Source: a virus. Taken from it: 64,000 nt of DNA. The notes beneath the pieces are model-generated. The model searched no databases, was not told the DNA's origin, and was given only the letters and a program-made list of their open reading frames with translations. Made by a program: the position numbers and the translations under genes. Numbering within the stretch: position 1 is the stretch's first letter; each line of letters opens with the position of its first letter. Where the stretch lies: positions 1-64,000 of the IMG/VR virus record IMGVR_UViG_3300046001_004063, one strand, 5' to 3'. Of this stretch, positions 36,532 through 45,672 are shown piece by piece.

Positions 36532-37322
36532 TTAAGTCCCATGCTTTTTCGTATGTTTGTAGCACTGATACTGTGGGTTGATTCATCAAATGACTCTTGT
36601 TCAATTTTATAGCCCACGTCACGTCCGTAGGTGATGTTTACAATGTTAGGAACAACCTGTATTTCGTATTGTCCTTGATACACCATGTCTAGATCTCTGC
36701 GTATATAATTCTTTACTTGTTCAATGGCAAATGGGTTTGAACCTTGCCATCCTTGACAGTCGCGAATTTGTATAACAACCTGCCCTGTTTTGGCAATGGC
36801 ACGGTCAAACAGCGCACGATGTCCTGCATGCCAAGGTTGCCAACGTCCTAGCATTTGCACAGTTTCTCGTTGCCAATCAAACACAGGTCTACGACGGTTG
36901 TCTAAGATATGTGCGGCAATGAACTCACCCCATTTCTCACTGTGCTGTTCTGTAATTCTAAAATCATAAACTTCAGGCGGAACAAAGGCTCGGTTAGTGT
37001 CTTCGTATCTACCTTTGTCAATGGTGTCAACCCACACTGTCCAGTCTGCTTTGAAGTTATTGCGCATTTCCACCAACGGAGCAACAAAGTCACAGATGAC
37101 ATAATCAACATCGGTCATCGTGTCTGCCAATGATCGCATACGTAGACTTTGTCGAATACGGCCTGCTTCGCTAAAGTCCCAGTCATTGTATTCTTTGCGT
37201 ACATCGTCGGCATTTAACCAATGAACTCGTTTCTTTTCGTTTTGCAAATGCTCGAGTATGTGCTGTGCCAGATATGTTTTGCCGGCTCCTGGTAAGCCCA
37301 TGATTAAAATACGTTGTGGCAT
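36528..37322 (-). CDS. APS-kinase-like P-loop kinase fused to an HxGH nucleotidyltransferase
   Basis: GLPGAGKT, LNADDVR, DFSEAGR; C-terminal LGRWQPWHAGH...SISATNIR. Confidence 0.8.
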   Translation of the reverse strand: MPQRILIMGLPGAGKTYLAQHILEHLQNEKKRVHWLNADDVRKEYNDWDFSEAGRIRQSLRMRSLADTMTDVDYVICDFVAPLVEMRNNFKADWTVWVDTIDKGRYEDTNRAFVPPEVYDFRITEQHSEKWGEFIAAHILDNRRRPVFDWQRETVQMLGRWQPWHAGHRALFDRAIAKTGQVVIQIRDCQGWQGSNPFAIEQVKNYIRRDLDMVYQGQYEIQVVPNIVNITYGRDVGYKIEQESFDESTHSISATNIRKSMGLK

Positions 37323-37323
37323 G

Positions 37324-37953
37324 TTATTTCCATTTCCTTGAAGTGTGTTTTGCTAGATCATCTGTGGCATGATGCGCCACAGGTTGAAAGTATTTACTGT
37401 TGGTATCATCCACTAGAATATTTGTCAACTGCGGATGTTCAAAATCCATTGGGAATTCCAACTGCTTTGCAATCTGCCGCAGGTAATCTTCTCGGTACAA
37501 GTGTAGCAATTCATAACTTAAAAACACAGGATCCCAGGTGCGTAGTTTTTCATACTCAGCAAGTGCAATGTCAACTGTGGGCTCGCCACGCACACGAGTT
37601 TGTTGATAATTTAGTATGTTGCAATCTCGTCCGATCACAGCAATCTTTACACAGATACCCAGGCCCATAGCAGTGGCAGCAAAACGTACAATGTTGGGCA
37701 CAGTGCGCTCGCCGTTGAGCATGTAAGGTGTGCTTACACTGGTGACAAAGTAATCACAGCGGCTCCAGTCAAAGTCTTTGAGTAAATCAGGATTTTCCCA
37801 GTACTCGGCAAAGGGTTCTTGATCATGCCCTATCCAGTATTCATGCAACAACTTATGCCAACCGTGTACATCAGGATGCAGGGCAAATATTTTTGACCAT
37901 AAATGATTGCCAGACCCCTGTGGGCCTGTTAAAATTACGAGTGTTTTTGCCAC
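37324..37953 (-). CDS. Sulfotransferase-like/P-loop protein
   Basis: ILTGPQGSGNHLWSKIFALHP, IGRD, LSYE. Confidence 0.6.
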   Translation of the reverse strand: MAKTLVILTGPQGSGNHLWSKIFALHPDVHGWHKLLHEYWIGHDQEPFAEYWENPDLLKDFDWSRCDYFVTSVSTPYMLNGERTVPNIVRFAATAMGLGICVKIAVIGRDCNILNYQQTRVRGEPTVDIALAEYEKLRTWDPVFLSYELLHLYREDYLRQIAKQLEFPMDFEHPQLTNILVDDTNSKYFQPVAHHATDDLAKHTSRKWK

Positions 37954-38144
37954 GTGATTTTATTCCAAATTCTTTCGTGTATGTAATACAAAATAGTATT
38001 CAGTGTTACTTGAGTTATTGCAATTGTGCCAGCAACAGAAAAATCTCCCAGCACCAAATAAGATATTGCAAAAGTTGCGCCACTACCAGTTATACGCCAA
38101 CTGATAGTTTTGACCAAACTTCTTGTTGATGTGTCTGTGCTCAT
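37935..38144 (-). CDS. DUF2061-like small membrane protein
   Basis: RSLVKTISWRI...YYIHERIWNKI.W. Confidence 0.8.
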   Translation of the reverse strand: MSTDTSTRSLVKTISWRITGSGATFAISYLVLGDFSVAGTIAITQVTLNTILYYIHERIWNKITWQKHS

Positions 38145-38803
38145 TGTAGAGATGCCAGGAAGCGGCGAGTTTGATCTGTAATAACCCCAGTTAATTGAAA
38201 TGTAACTCTAGGATGATGACCTGCATTGGCAGTGCTGTGCGGCATGTTGGCCCAGTCAAAAGTTGATACATCACCGGCACGCCATTGATTCCAATGGTGG
38301 TTGCCATACTCCCAGAACTGTCCAGGTTGCCAATCTGTTAACTGTACAAAATAGCGTCCTATCTTTGTGGGATCTTCAGGGCACCATTTCTGCAGTTTGT
38401 CTATGTGTAAATTCCACACTTCTCCAGGCTGCTGTACGTGTATGCGTTCCATGCAATCATCTAGGCCAAATACCCGAGTAATTGCTTGTAACGAAGCAGG
38501 AATACGCCAGTTAATATGAGTAATGATCATTTTGGGATCTGCGCCCACACGTTCAATGTCGTATTCTTCTGCCAACAAATCTTCACGTGGAGGAGGAACA
38601 CCTTCGCCTTTGTAGCCGCGAGTTTCCCAAGTTGCTGGGTTTGAGTTGGCAACAATGTCTTCAATATCGGCCTGCCATGTGGGTTCAATATGTCCTAGAT
38701 GGTTGATTACATCTTCGAATCGATCTATTTTGACAGTGTCAAAATGATATGTACTGTAACTCTTGGTGAAATCCCAACTGCTTTTAAATTCGTCTGTTAT
38801 CAT
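38141..38803 (-). CDS. 2OG-Fe(II) oxygenase-like protein
   Basis: QQPGEVWNLHID...PHSTAN...RVTFQLTG. Confidence 0.75.
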   Translation of the reverse strand: MITDEFKSSWDFTKSYSTYHFDTVKIDRFEDVINHLGHIEPTWQADIEDIVANSNPATWETRGYKGEGVPPPREDLLAEEYDIERVGADPKMIITHINWRIPASLQAITRVFGLDDCMERIHVQQPGEVWNLHIDKLQKWCPEDPTKIGRYFVQLTDWQPGQFWEYGNHHWNQWRAGDVSTFDWANMPHSTANAGHHPRVTFQLTGVITDQTRRFLASLQ

Positions 38804-39426
38804 ATTAATGTGACCCTTACGTCGCTTGCGCCATAACTTTGTTCATACTCTGCCGGCGGAACTTCTATACCCAACATACGTGCCAACTGTTGATTGGTCA
38901 ACGGATGTTGTCCTGGATATTTCAATGAAGCATTCACAATGCCTGTGTTCTGTTGTTTAATTATGCTGGCCATTGTTTTTAAGTTTTTATAGTACATGTC
39001 ATATGCAGGATAGGTAATATCAAAGTGTCCACACTTGACCCACCAGCCTAAACAAGCATCATCAGGGCGATGTACAATTACAATAGGCACTTCGGAGAAC
39101 TGTTCTCGCAAATAGTCAATGTGATTTGAGAACACATGGCTTTTGATAATGCGTACACCTCGAGATTCTTTAAATTGAAATGGCTCAGCAAAGATAGTTT
39201 CTAACTCAGTTCTAGTTAGTGTGGTCAAATCCTCTGGCAATGCAGAGATCATACCGGGATCAAAGTAAGCACCCAAGTGCATGAGTTCGCGAGTGCCCGA
39301 CGCATCGTGATAATAAGTCCATTCATCTCTATAGTCCGAACGATCAATGTCGGGACTATAGTAGATGTTCTTGACCACACTGCTCCATTTACTGCCAGGA
39401 GCACCGGCTACAAAGATATATTTCAT
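38800..39426 (-). CDS. Sulfotransferase-like protein (paralogue 1)
   Basis: IFVAGAPGSKWS, IIKSH, VHRPD...WW. Confidence 0.6.
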   Translation of the reverse strand: MKYIFVAGAPGSKWSSVVKNIYYSPDIDRSDYRDEWTYYHDASGTRELMHLGAYFDPGMISALPEDLTTLTRTELETIFAEPFQFKESRGVRIIKSHVFSNHIDYLREQFSEVPIVIVHRPDDACLGWWVKCGHFDITYPAYDMYYKNLKTMASIIKQQNTGIVNASLKYPGQHPLTNQQLARMLGIEVPPAEYEQSYGASDVRVTLI

Positions 39427-40001
39427 TTTATAATAGTAATTAGCATATCGCTAAACTTGTGATCAACTTCTCTGTTGACACCAAAATTATCTAATACCCA
39501 TTTGGGTGTTAAATGATTCCAAGTCGCATTGTGTTTGTACGAAAACCCCAGTATAGATTGATTCATTCGAGCTATTTCACTCATCATATTGGTAGCATCT
39601 TTAAATGCATCATACTTGGGATATGTGATATTAAACCCGCCTGCACCATTCCACCACGCAAAGCTGATAGTGTCTGGACGATATACTAGTACAATCCAAT
39701 CATTGGGATACTGTTGCTTAATCGCATCTAAGTGATGTGCCCACTCATGTGCTTTAATTAATCTACAGCCATCCAATGTAGTGTGTGCGCTGTCAATGTT
39801 GGCAGGGGTTAAATCCAAGGGGAATTCCATACCCGAGCCAAAGTATGCGCCTAAATGATCTGAAAAGGGTTTAAAGATAAACGTGCGTTCGGGTGTGCGA
39901 TCGCTTGTGTTAAACCCTGGCACAGTTTCTAATAGTTGTGCAACACCGGACCAGCGTGATCCGGGTACACCTGAAAAGAATATGCGTTTAGGCAAAGACA
40001 T
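39423..40001 (-). CDS. Sulfotransferase-like protein (paralogue 2)
   Basis: FFSGVPGSRWS, HLGAYF, LIKAH, VYRPD...WW...F.ITYP.YD shared with 38800..39426. Confidence 0.6.
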   Translation of the reverse strand: MSLPKRIFFSGVPGSRWSGVAQLLETVPGFNTSDRTPERTFIFKPFSDHLGAYFGSGMEFPLDLTPANIDSAHTTLDGCRLIKAHEWAHHLDAIKQQYPNDWIVLVYRPDTISFAWWNGAGGFNITYPKYDAFKDATNMMSEIARMNQSILGFSYKHNATWNHLTPKWVLDNFGVNREVDHKFSDMLITIIK

Positions 40002-40979
40002 TTATTCCTTGCTTAAATCAATCTTGCTCAGCACAGGAATAAATGCCGCACGTAGTTCATCCATGTGCCGCTTCAAACCCGCAGGATTTAATTCATCTTC
40101 TGCGTAGAAAATAACATTGGCATCTGTGTATTCTTTATATTCTGCTGAACGAACTGCTTTACTAAATTGCTGTTGGTACCAGGCCACAATGTCTTTGTTG
40201 GTACCTGGTGGTAATTGAATACTCCAGGCCGCATACACATTAATGCCAGGTGCCACTGTGTTCAGCAACGGTACATTGGGAAACTGTGCCATCCGTTGTG
40301 TACCAGTAAATCCAATGGGTTTTACCTTGCCTGCATCCACCAGAGCTTTAGCCACTGCAATGGGCATGATACCAAATTCTGTGCCAGTTTTGCCATCATA
40401 ACTGGCTACACTTTGTACTGCTGGTTGTGGGCCGTTGAATTTCACAGGTTTGACTGTGTCTCGGTTGCCACGGCCTTTGTCCATCAAGTATTCAAATGCT
40501 GTTCTATGTGCGCCGCCACCAATGGCAATGCTGATTGTTCTGCCTGATTGAATATACTTCACAAACTCTTGTGGTGTATTGACGCCGCTTTTGACACTGG
40601 CAACCAATACCAGGGGCGATTTACCCATGGTCAATACATCCACAAATGAGTCGTAGTTGTATTTCTTTATGGACTTTTCCCAGATATCATTTGTGACATA
40701 ACTGCTCATGTGACTGGGCAAGTTGATTGTATGGCCATCGTTTGTGGCTTCCAAAAACTTGTTGTTGGCAATTACACTGTCTGCACCTGGTATGTTTTGT
40801 ACTACAAAAACAAATTTGGGATTTTCTTTTTGCACAATCTGTGCCAGTTTTCTAAAGGCCATTTCGTTTCCGGCACCGGGTGTATTACCAATAGATACAG
40901 TAACGGGTTTAGTGGGTTCCCAAGCAAACGCCAGGGCAGGCGCTAATAACAGCGCGGCAAATAATTTTTTGATTGACAT
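40002..40979 (-). CDS. Tripartite tricarboxylate transporter substrate-binding protein (TctC/Bug family; start moved to MSIKK)
   Basis: Signal peptide; PTKPVTV..G.PGAG; VQNIPGA; DGHTI; PNVPLL; PPGT; SD AAGGA. Confidence 0.88.
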   Translation of the reverse strand: MSIKKLFAALLLAPALAFAWEPTKPVTVSIGNTPGAGNEMAFRKLAQIVQKENPKFVFVVQNIPGADSVIANNKFLEATNDGHTINLPSHMSSYVTNDIWEKSIKKYNYDSFVDVLTMGKSPLVLVASVKSGVNTPQEFVKYIQSGRTISIAIGGGAHRTAFEYLMDKGRGNRDTVKPVKFNGPQPAVQSVASYDGKTGTEFGIMPIAVAKALVDAGKVKPIGFTGTQRMAQFPNVPLLNTVAPGINVYAAWSIQLPPGTNKDIVAWYQQQFSKAVRSAEYKEYTDANVIFYAEDELNPAGLKRHMDELRAAFIPVLSKIDLSKE

Positions 40980-41071
40980 ATAGTTCCTTAAATAGTATGC
41001 TTGATTTTTAAACGCCTGGCAAATAATTTGCTGGTTTGTCAAAAATTCTACTTTATTTATTAAATTTTTCT

Positions 41072-41797
41072 ATGAACACTAAAATTTTTAACCTAATCTG
41101 CAAAAATTTGCAGGACTCCTTTAACTTGCCCAAGTATGCTAATATCACAATCAACGCAGATACTCAGGTACAAAATTTACCCTGGACACCTGCACGTTAT
41201 CGCAAGTTCAAGGACGCTGTAGAAGCAGAACTAAGTTTGCCCTGTGATTATGTAGGTACCGTACGGAACATTGTGGATGATCTCTCTGAACGTTATATCT
41301 TGCGTTTCTTTAGTGAAATTTGGAAGCCACGCACAGGTGACTATGAACACACGGGCTGGGAACTTGCAGAAGAAATTAACAAACTGAACCCGGAACGTGT
41401 GCTCGATGTGGGCTGTGGCTATCATCCTTTTAAAGGACGTATCAACAACTTGGTTGGCATCGATCCCTACAATAACTGCGCAGATTATGAAGTAGATATC
41501 CTAGAGTACCGAGTAAAACATCAGTATGATGTTATCATGGCACTAGGGTCAATCAATTTCAACTCACATGATGAAATCGAATCCAGGTTCAGTCATTGTG
41601 TTGGTTTGTTGAAGCAGGGCGGCAAGTTTTTCCTACGTGCCAATCCCGGCATCACACATAAGACAGGACCCTATGTGGAAATTTTTAATTGGACATTTGA
41701 GATAGCAAATGAGTTTGCTGAAAAGTATAATCTTCAACTAGAAACGTTCAAGAAAGATGCTAACGATCGATTGTATTTTGTGTATCAAAAACTTTGA
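41072..41797 (+). CDS. Class I SAM methyltransferase with N-terminal ACP-like helical domain (start moved to 41072)
   Basis: VLDVGCG, VGIDP, YDVIMALGS, LLKQGG. Confidence 0.8.
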   Translation: MNTKIFNLICKNLQDSFNLPKYANITINADTQVQNLPWTPARYRKFKDAVEAELSLPCDYVGTVRNIVDDLSERYILRFFSEIWKPRTGDYEHTGWELAEEINKLNPERVLDVGCGYHPFKGRINNLVGIDPYNNCADYEVDILEYRVKHQYDVIMALGSINFNSHDEIESRFSHCVGLLKQGGKFFLRANPGITHKTGPYVEIFNWTFEIANEFAEKYNLQLETFKKDANDRLYFVYQKL

Positions 41798-42455
41798 TCA
41801 TTAATTCGCCGGCAGCGGCATGTGCTGATTCCAATGGATGCCCTATATCAGTTATAGCGTGTCCATTTTTTTTGCTCCATTGTTGAAAATTCGTGCCTTC
41901 AAATGTGGTCATATGCGGCCGAATGTAGTCTTGTAGATCGGTAATGGCCGGAGTTGTATGCCACCGCCGATCAAACATCAGTTCATCCATATAGGTCATT
42001 ATGAACGGGCAGTTTTTTTGTTTAAGTGTGTCTATCACTACTCGTATGCTCATAAGAGTTGTGAGTTTGTCTCGTATTTCTGAATGTAAGTTTTTATAGT
42101 ATGTGTTTGCTATATCAGTTGTGTCACTGGGCGCAATTGTCAACCAAGGCTGCCATGAGCTCTGTCTGGGATTAGCAATATTAACGTAATCAAACCGATC
42201 TATGTATGTCCAACCAATAACAAAGAATGCTTGTTCATTTATGGCCAATTGAGACAATGCTCTTTCGGCTATTTGTAGATTCCCAGAGCCGGGTCTTGCA
42301 CAGCACAAATAATTATAGTTTAGATGCTGAGCCAAATGCGCCGGCCATGTTGAGTTACTGTGGTTTGGTCTCTGTCCAATAGATTCGTTCCAAAAAACTT
42401 CGTCACTTAGTTCACTACCGTAGATAAAACTGCAACCAAAACTTTTTAAATTCAT
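41760..42455 (-). CDS. SGNH/GDSL-like hypothetical protein
   Basis: FGCSF.YG, ARPGSGN, GWT..DR, GHP...H; paralogue of 59547..60242. Confidence 0.65.
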   Translation of the reverse strand: MNLKSFGCSFIYGSELSDEVFWNESIGQRPNHSNSTWPAHLAQHLNYNYLCCARPGSGNLQIAERALSQLAINEQAFFVIGWTYIDRFDYVNIANPRQSSWQPWLTIAPSDTTDIANTYYKNLHSEIRDKLTTLMSIRVVIDTLKQKNCPFIMTYMDELMFDRRWHTTPAITDLQDYIRPHMTTFEGTNFQQWSKKNGHAITDIGHPLESAHAAAGELMIKVFDTQNTIDR

Positions 42456-42492
42456 AGGTAATTATATACCTACTTTACAGAGTAGGAAAGAA

Positions 42493-43058
42493 TTAACGCA
42501 GGCCGGCTGCGGTTTGTAGGGATTTTAGTTCTGCGTCAGTTTCATAGATCTGCTTGTAGGGCAGTCCAGCTGACACACGCACTTCGTTGAGATCCTTTTC
42601 GTAGCGTTCTCTGTAGGCCTTGGGGCTTGTGGGAACAGTACTGTCAAATGTATCTCTGCTGAACGGCACAGAGTCACCTTTGTAGTGCATGGTCCAGTCA
42701 TCTGGCTCATACTCTGTTAAGGTGTTTAGATCATTCAACAGGGTTTCTACATGCTGACCTGCTGTGCTACGACGACGTATTTCCACATACACCAGGTAAC
42801 GATTGGGCTTGACTTCTCCGGGGCTCTTGTCTGCATCCAGTACAAAGTCATAGCCCTTTTCAAACCAAGCCATCAGATCCTTGGCAGCCTGTGGATCACG
42901 CACAAAGAAACTCACTACAATGATGTCATCGTCGTCGCCCATTTTACTGCTAAATTCGTCAACATGAATAGTGGGCTTCATCAAGCCTTCCAAATCCTTG
43001 TAACTAAGGCTTTCAGACAGCAGGTTGCTGAGGCTGTTGGGAAAGGTTGTTTTGTGCA
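42493..43058 (-). CDS. Hypothetical protein (possible head-associated); start uncertain
   Basis: LSESL, HVDEFSSKMG.DDD, FEKGYDFVLDAD; overlaps the upstream gene. Confidence 0.65.
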
Positions 43059-43603
43059 TTTTGTGCTTGCTCGTCGTTTTGGTATTCATCTTGATCAATG
43101 TCTTGTTCATAGGCATCATCCAAGTCTGCTAGGTCAATGTCTTGATCTTCCAGTTCAATGGATCCTGTGCGGATATCACTCATCAGGCTCTTTGGCATGG
43201 TAATTTGTACCAGCCAAATCTTCTGTTCCATTATCTTTGCTTTGTGTGTGCCAGGGCGATAGTCACTGGGTGACTCAATCTTTACCGGCACCTTCATTGT
43301 GGTTTTCTTGAACTTTACTGTGCAATCAAACGGCAACAATCTACGTGCGGCACGTGGATCGGGCATGCGTTTTTCGGGCCACATGAATGTGCAAGTTACG
43401 TTGTATTTGCCAATGTCTGGGCCTGCGACTAGTTCGCCAATATCCCAGTTTTGAAATGCGTACAAGTCTAGTTCGTCAATCACACGCTCGAAATCCAACA
43501 AGGTCAACAAACTTCCTTCTGACATGTAAATGTCGCGAATGTTTTCTGCTACTTGCCAGTAATCTGAGCCGTCTTTAAATACTTTTTCGTCTGCTAAATC
43601 CAT
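43013..43603 (-). CDS. Hypothetical phage protein with acidic tail
   Basis: LDFERVIDELDLYAF.NW..GELV.GP...MPDP; TAAATA 5 nt before ATG. Confidence 0.75.
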   Translation of the reverse strand: MDLADEKVFKDGSDYWQVAENIRDIYMSEGSLLTLLDFERVIDELDLYAFQNWDIGELVAGPDIGKYNVTCTFMWPEKRMPDPRAARRLLPFDCTVKFKKTTMKVPVKIESPSDYRPGTHKAKIMEQKIWLVQITMPKSLMSDIRTGSIELEDQDIDLADLDDAYEQDIDQDEYQNDEQAQNAQNNLSQQPQQPAV

Positions 43604-43621
43604 ACAGTTATTTAGTCTTCT

Positions 43622-43690
43622 TATAAATAGAGGTGTAGTTCACGGAATTGGCGTTCCCAACTACTCTAACGCTTATAAGGAGCAATCAGC
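43622..43690 (+). promoter_or_regulatory. TATAAATA late promoter plus structured (pseudoknot-capable) leader of HNH gene
   Basis: TATAAATA 43622-29; GTAGTT/AACTAC and GGAA/TTCC stems; GCGTT/AACGC alternative pairing; SD AAGGAG. Confidence 0.6.
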
Positions 43691-44188
43691 ATGCGTATTT
43701 ACTCGCACAAGATTTATCGACAAATTTACAAAAAACATATTGGCCCTATTCCATCGGAGTCCAATGGTCGCACATACGAAATTCATCATATAGATGGAAA
43801 TCATAATAACAATAATCCATCAAATTTAAAAGCGGTCACTGTTAAAGAACACTATGACATACACTATGCACAAGGTGATTATAATGCTTGTGTCCTGATG
43901 TCGTTTAGGATGAATTTAGAACCAGAAGAGTTATCTGCACTGCGAAGCAAGGCAGCATACACACGGGTAGAAAACGGAACTCATCCGTGGACCGATAAAG
44001 AGAAAATGAAGAAACAAAATCAAAAAAGAACAGCAGAAGGAAAAAATGCGTTCTCAAACCCTGATATTGTAAAACAACAAATAGCAAACGGTACTCATGC
44101 CACTACAAAAAGAGTTAGTTGTTTAGGTTGCAAGAAAGAAACGTATGTTTCCGCGTTTAATAAGTGGCACACAAAATGTTCGCCATAG
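43691..44188 (+). mobile_element. Free-standing HNH homing endonuclease
   Basis: YEIHHIDGNHNNNNPSNLKAVTVKEHYDIH; NGTH repeats; C-terminal CxxC...H..C. Confidence 0.88.
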
Positions 44189-44307
44189 AGAAATACTTAT
44201 GCCGTACGAATCCGTTATCAGCACCCATAGAATTCACAAAGTTATAGCCTAAATACTCAGGACAGCAGGTTGCTGTCAGACAAAAAACCTCAACTTTGGA
44301 GATTACA

Positions 44308-45039
44308 TTGAGCAGACAAAGAGCCGCAAAAGCACAAAAACGTATGGCACAAGTAGAAAACACAATTGATTTTTCCCAGGCACACCAGTATCATCGCCCA
44401 AAAGCGATTGCACTTGTGCCACGGACTCGCAATCAAGAACGACTTGTACTGGCGTTGTTGGATGATGACCAACACATTGTAGTAACAGCAGGACCGGCAG
44501 GCACTGGCAAAACCTATCTGGCCATGCAAGCCGCAGTAAAAGCCCTTAAAGAAGGCTCCTGCGAACGTATAGTATTGACACGCCCGGCGGTGGGCGTAGA
44601 GGATGAATCACATGGATTCCTACCCGGGGACCTTAACCAGAAAATGGAACCTTGGACAAGACCCTTGATAGATGTGCTACGTGAGACCTATCGTCCACAG
44701 GACATAGCCGCTATGATTGAAAATCAATTGATAGAAATATCACCCTTGGCATTCATGCGTGGGCGCACGTTCAAGCACAGTTGGATCATTGCTGATGAAA
44801 TGCAAAATGCCACACCCAATCAGATGAAAATGCTGATGACACGCATCGGTGTAGGCAGTAAGATTGTGGTCACTGGCGATGTAGAACAGACTGACCGACC
44901 GGGCAGTAACAACGGCTTGCTGGACCTGTGTGTCAAGTTAGATCGAACGGATGTGGAAGGAATTGCAATGTGTCCAATGGAAGCACGTGATGTTCAACGT
45001 CATGCTATCATTGGCTCAGTGCTAAAACTTTACTCTTGA
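44308..45039 (+). CDS. phoH: PhoH-family ATPase (likely TTG start after GGAG)
   Basis: GPAGTGKT, LTRPAV, GFLPGD, MRGRTF, DEMQN, TRIG, GD..Q.D. Confidence 0.95.
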   Translation: MSRQRAAKAQKRMAQVENTIDFSQAHQYHRPKAIALVPRTRNQERLVLALLDDDQHIVVTAGPAGTGKTYLAMQAAVKALKEGSCERIVLTRPAVGVEDESHGFLPGDLNQKMEPWTRPLIDVLRETYRPQDIAAMIENQLIEISPLAFMRGRTFKHSWIIADEMQNATPNQMKMLMTRIGVGSKIVVTGDVEQTDRPGSNNGLLDLCVKLDRTDVEGIAMCPMEARDVQRHAIIGSVLKLYS

Positions 45040-45638
45040 TCAGTTATTAACTGGTAAATCTCTTTCCAGTTTTTGACAATTGTGATGCCTTCGTGGTAGT
45101 GGTGCATGTTATGACCGTGCTCTACCAGAAGGCTCCGCAATCCTGCGCGGTATCCTGCAATGGCATTTTCTGGTTTGTCTTCTAACCAGTAGCATCCAGT
45201 ACCTTCGTATTCTTCCAGTGCTTCTTCCTTGTCGGCTCCGGTGTCCAAGCACACTATGCGTTCAAATGCTGATGTTCCAAACAGTTTGTTTAGATTCATT
45301 TCACGGAGTTTTTGTGCGTTGGGATCTAGACTCAAACTGGTAATACAATGAAATCTAAATCCATGCTCTTCGTGCAGTCGCTTGACGTAATACATGGCAT
45401 CACGCAGTGCAGGCAAGAATCCAATTGCGGCTGATTCGTTAAAGATGCGTATTAGTTTTTTAACTTGTTCTTTTGGTATGCCATATCTCATTGACATATC
45501 ATAGTTGAGCTTGCTACCAGGAACTTCTTCAAAGCCGTGTTCCTGCATCCAAACATTAAACGCCCATTCCCAATCTAATAAGACACCATCAGCATCAGTT
45601 AGGATTAGTTTTTTTAGGTTTTTGTATTTTGATTTCAT
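45030..45638 (-). CDS. HAD-superfamily phosphatase/5'-nucleotidase-like
   Basis: ILTDADGVLLDW (DxD), ITS, K, EDK..N. Confidence 0.85.
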   Translation of the reverse strand: MKSKYKNLKKLILTDADGVLLDWEWAFNVWMQEHGFEEVPGSKLNYDMSMRYGIPKEQVKKLIRIFNESAAIGFLPALRDAMYYVKRLHEEHGFRFHCITSLSLDPNAQKLREMNLNKLFGTSAFERIVCLDTGADKEEALEEYEGTGCYWLEDKPENAIAGYRAGLRSLLVEHGHNMHHYHEGITIVKNWKEIYQLITDQE

Positions 45639-45643
45639 AGTGT

Positions 45644-45672
45644 ATTATACTACAAAATCCGATTGCTGTCAA
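45644..45672 (-). promoter_or_regulatory. Consensus sigma70 promoter, leaderless start
   Basis: TTGACA-17nt-TATAAT, then 5 nt to ATG 45638. Confidence 0.85.
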
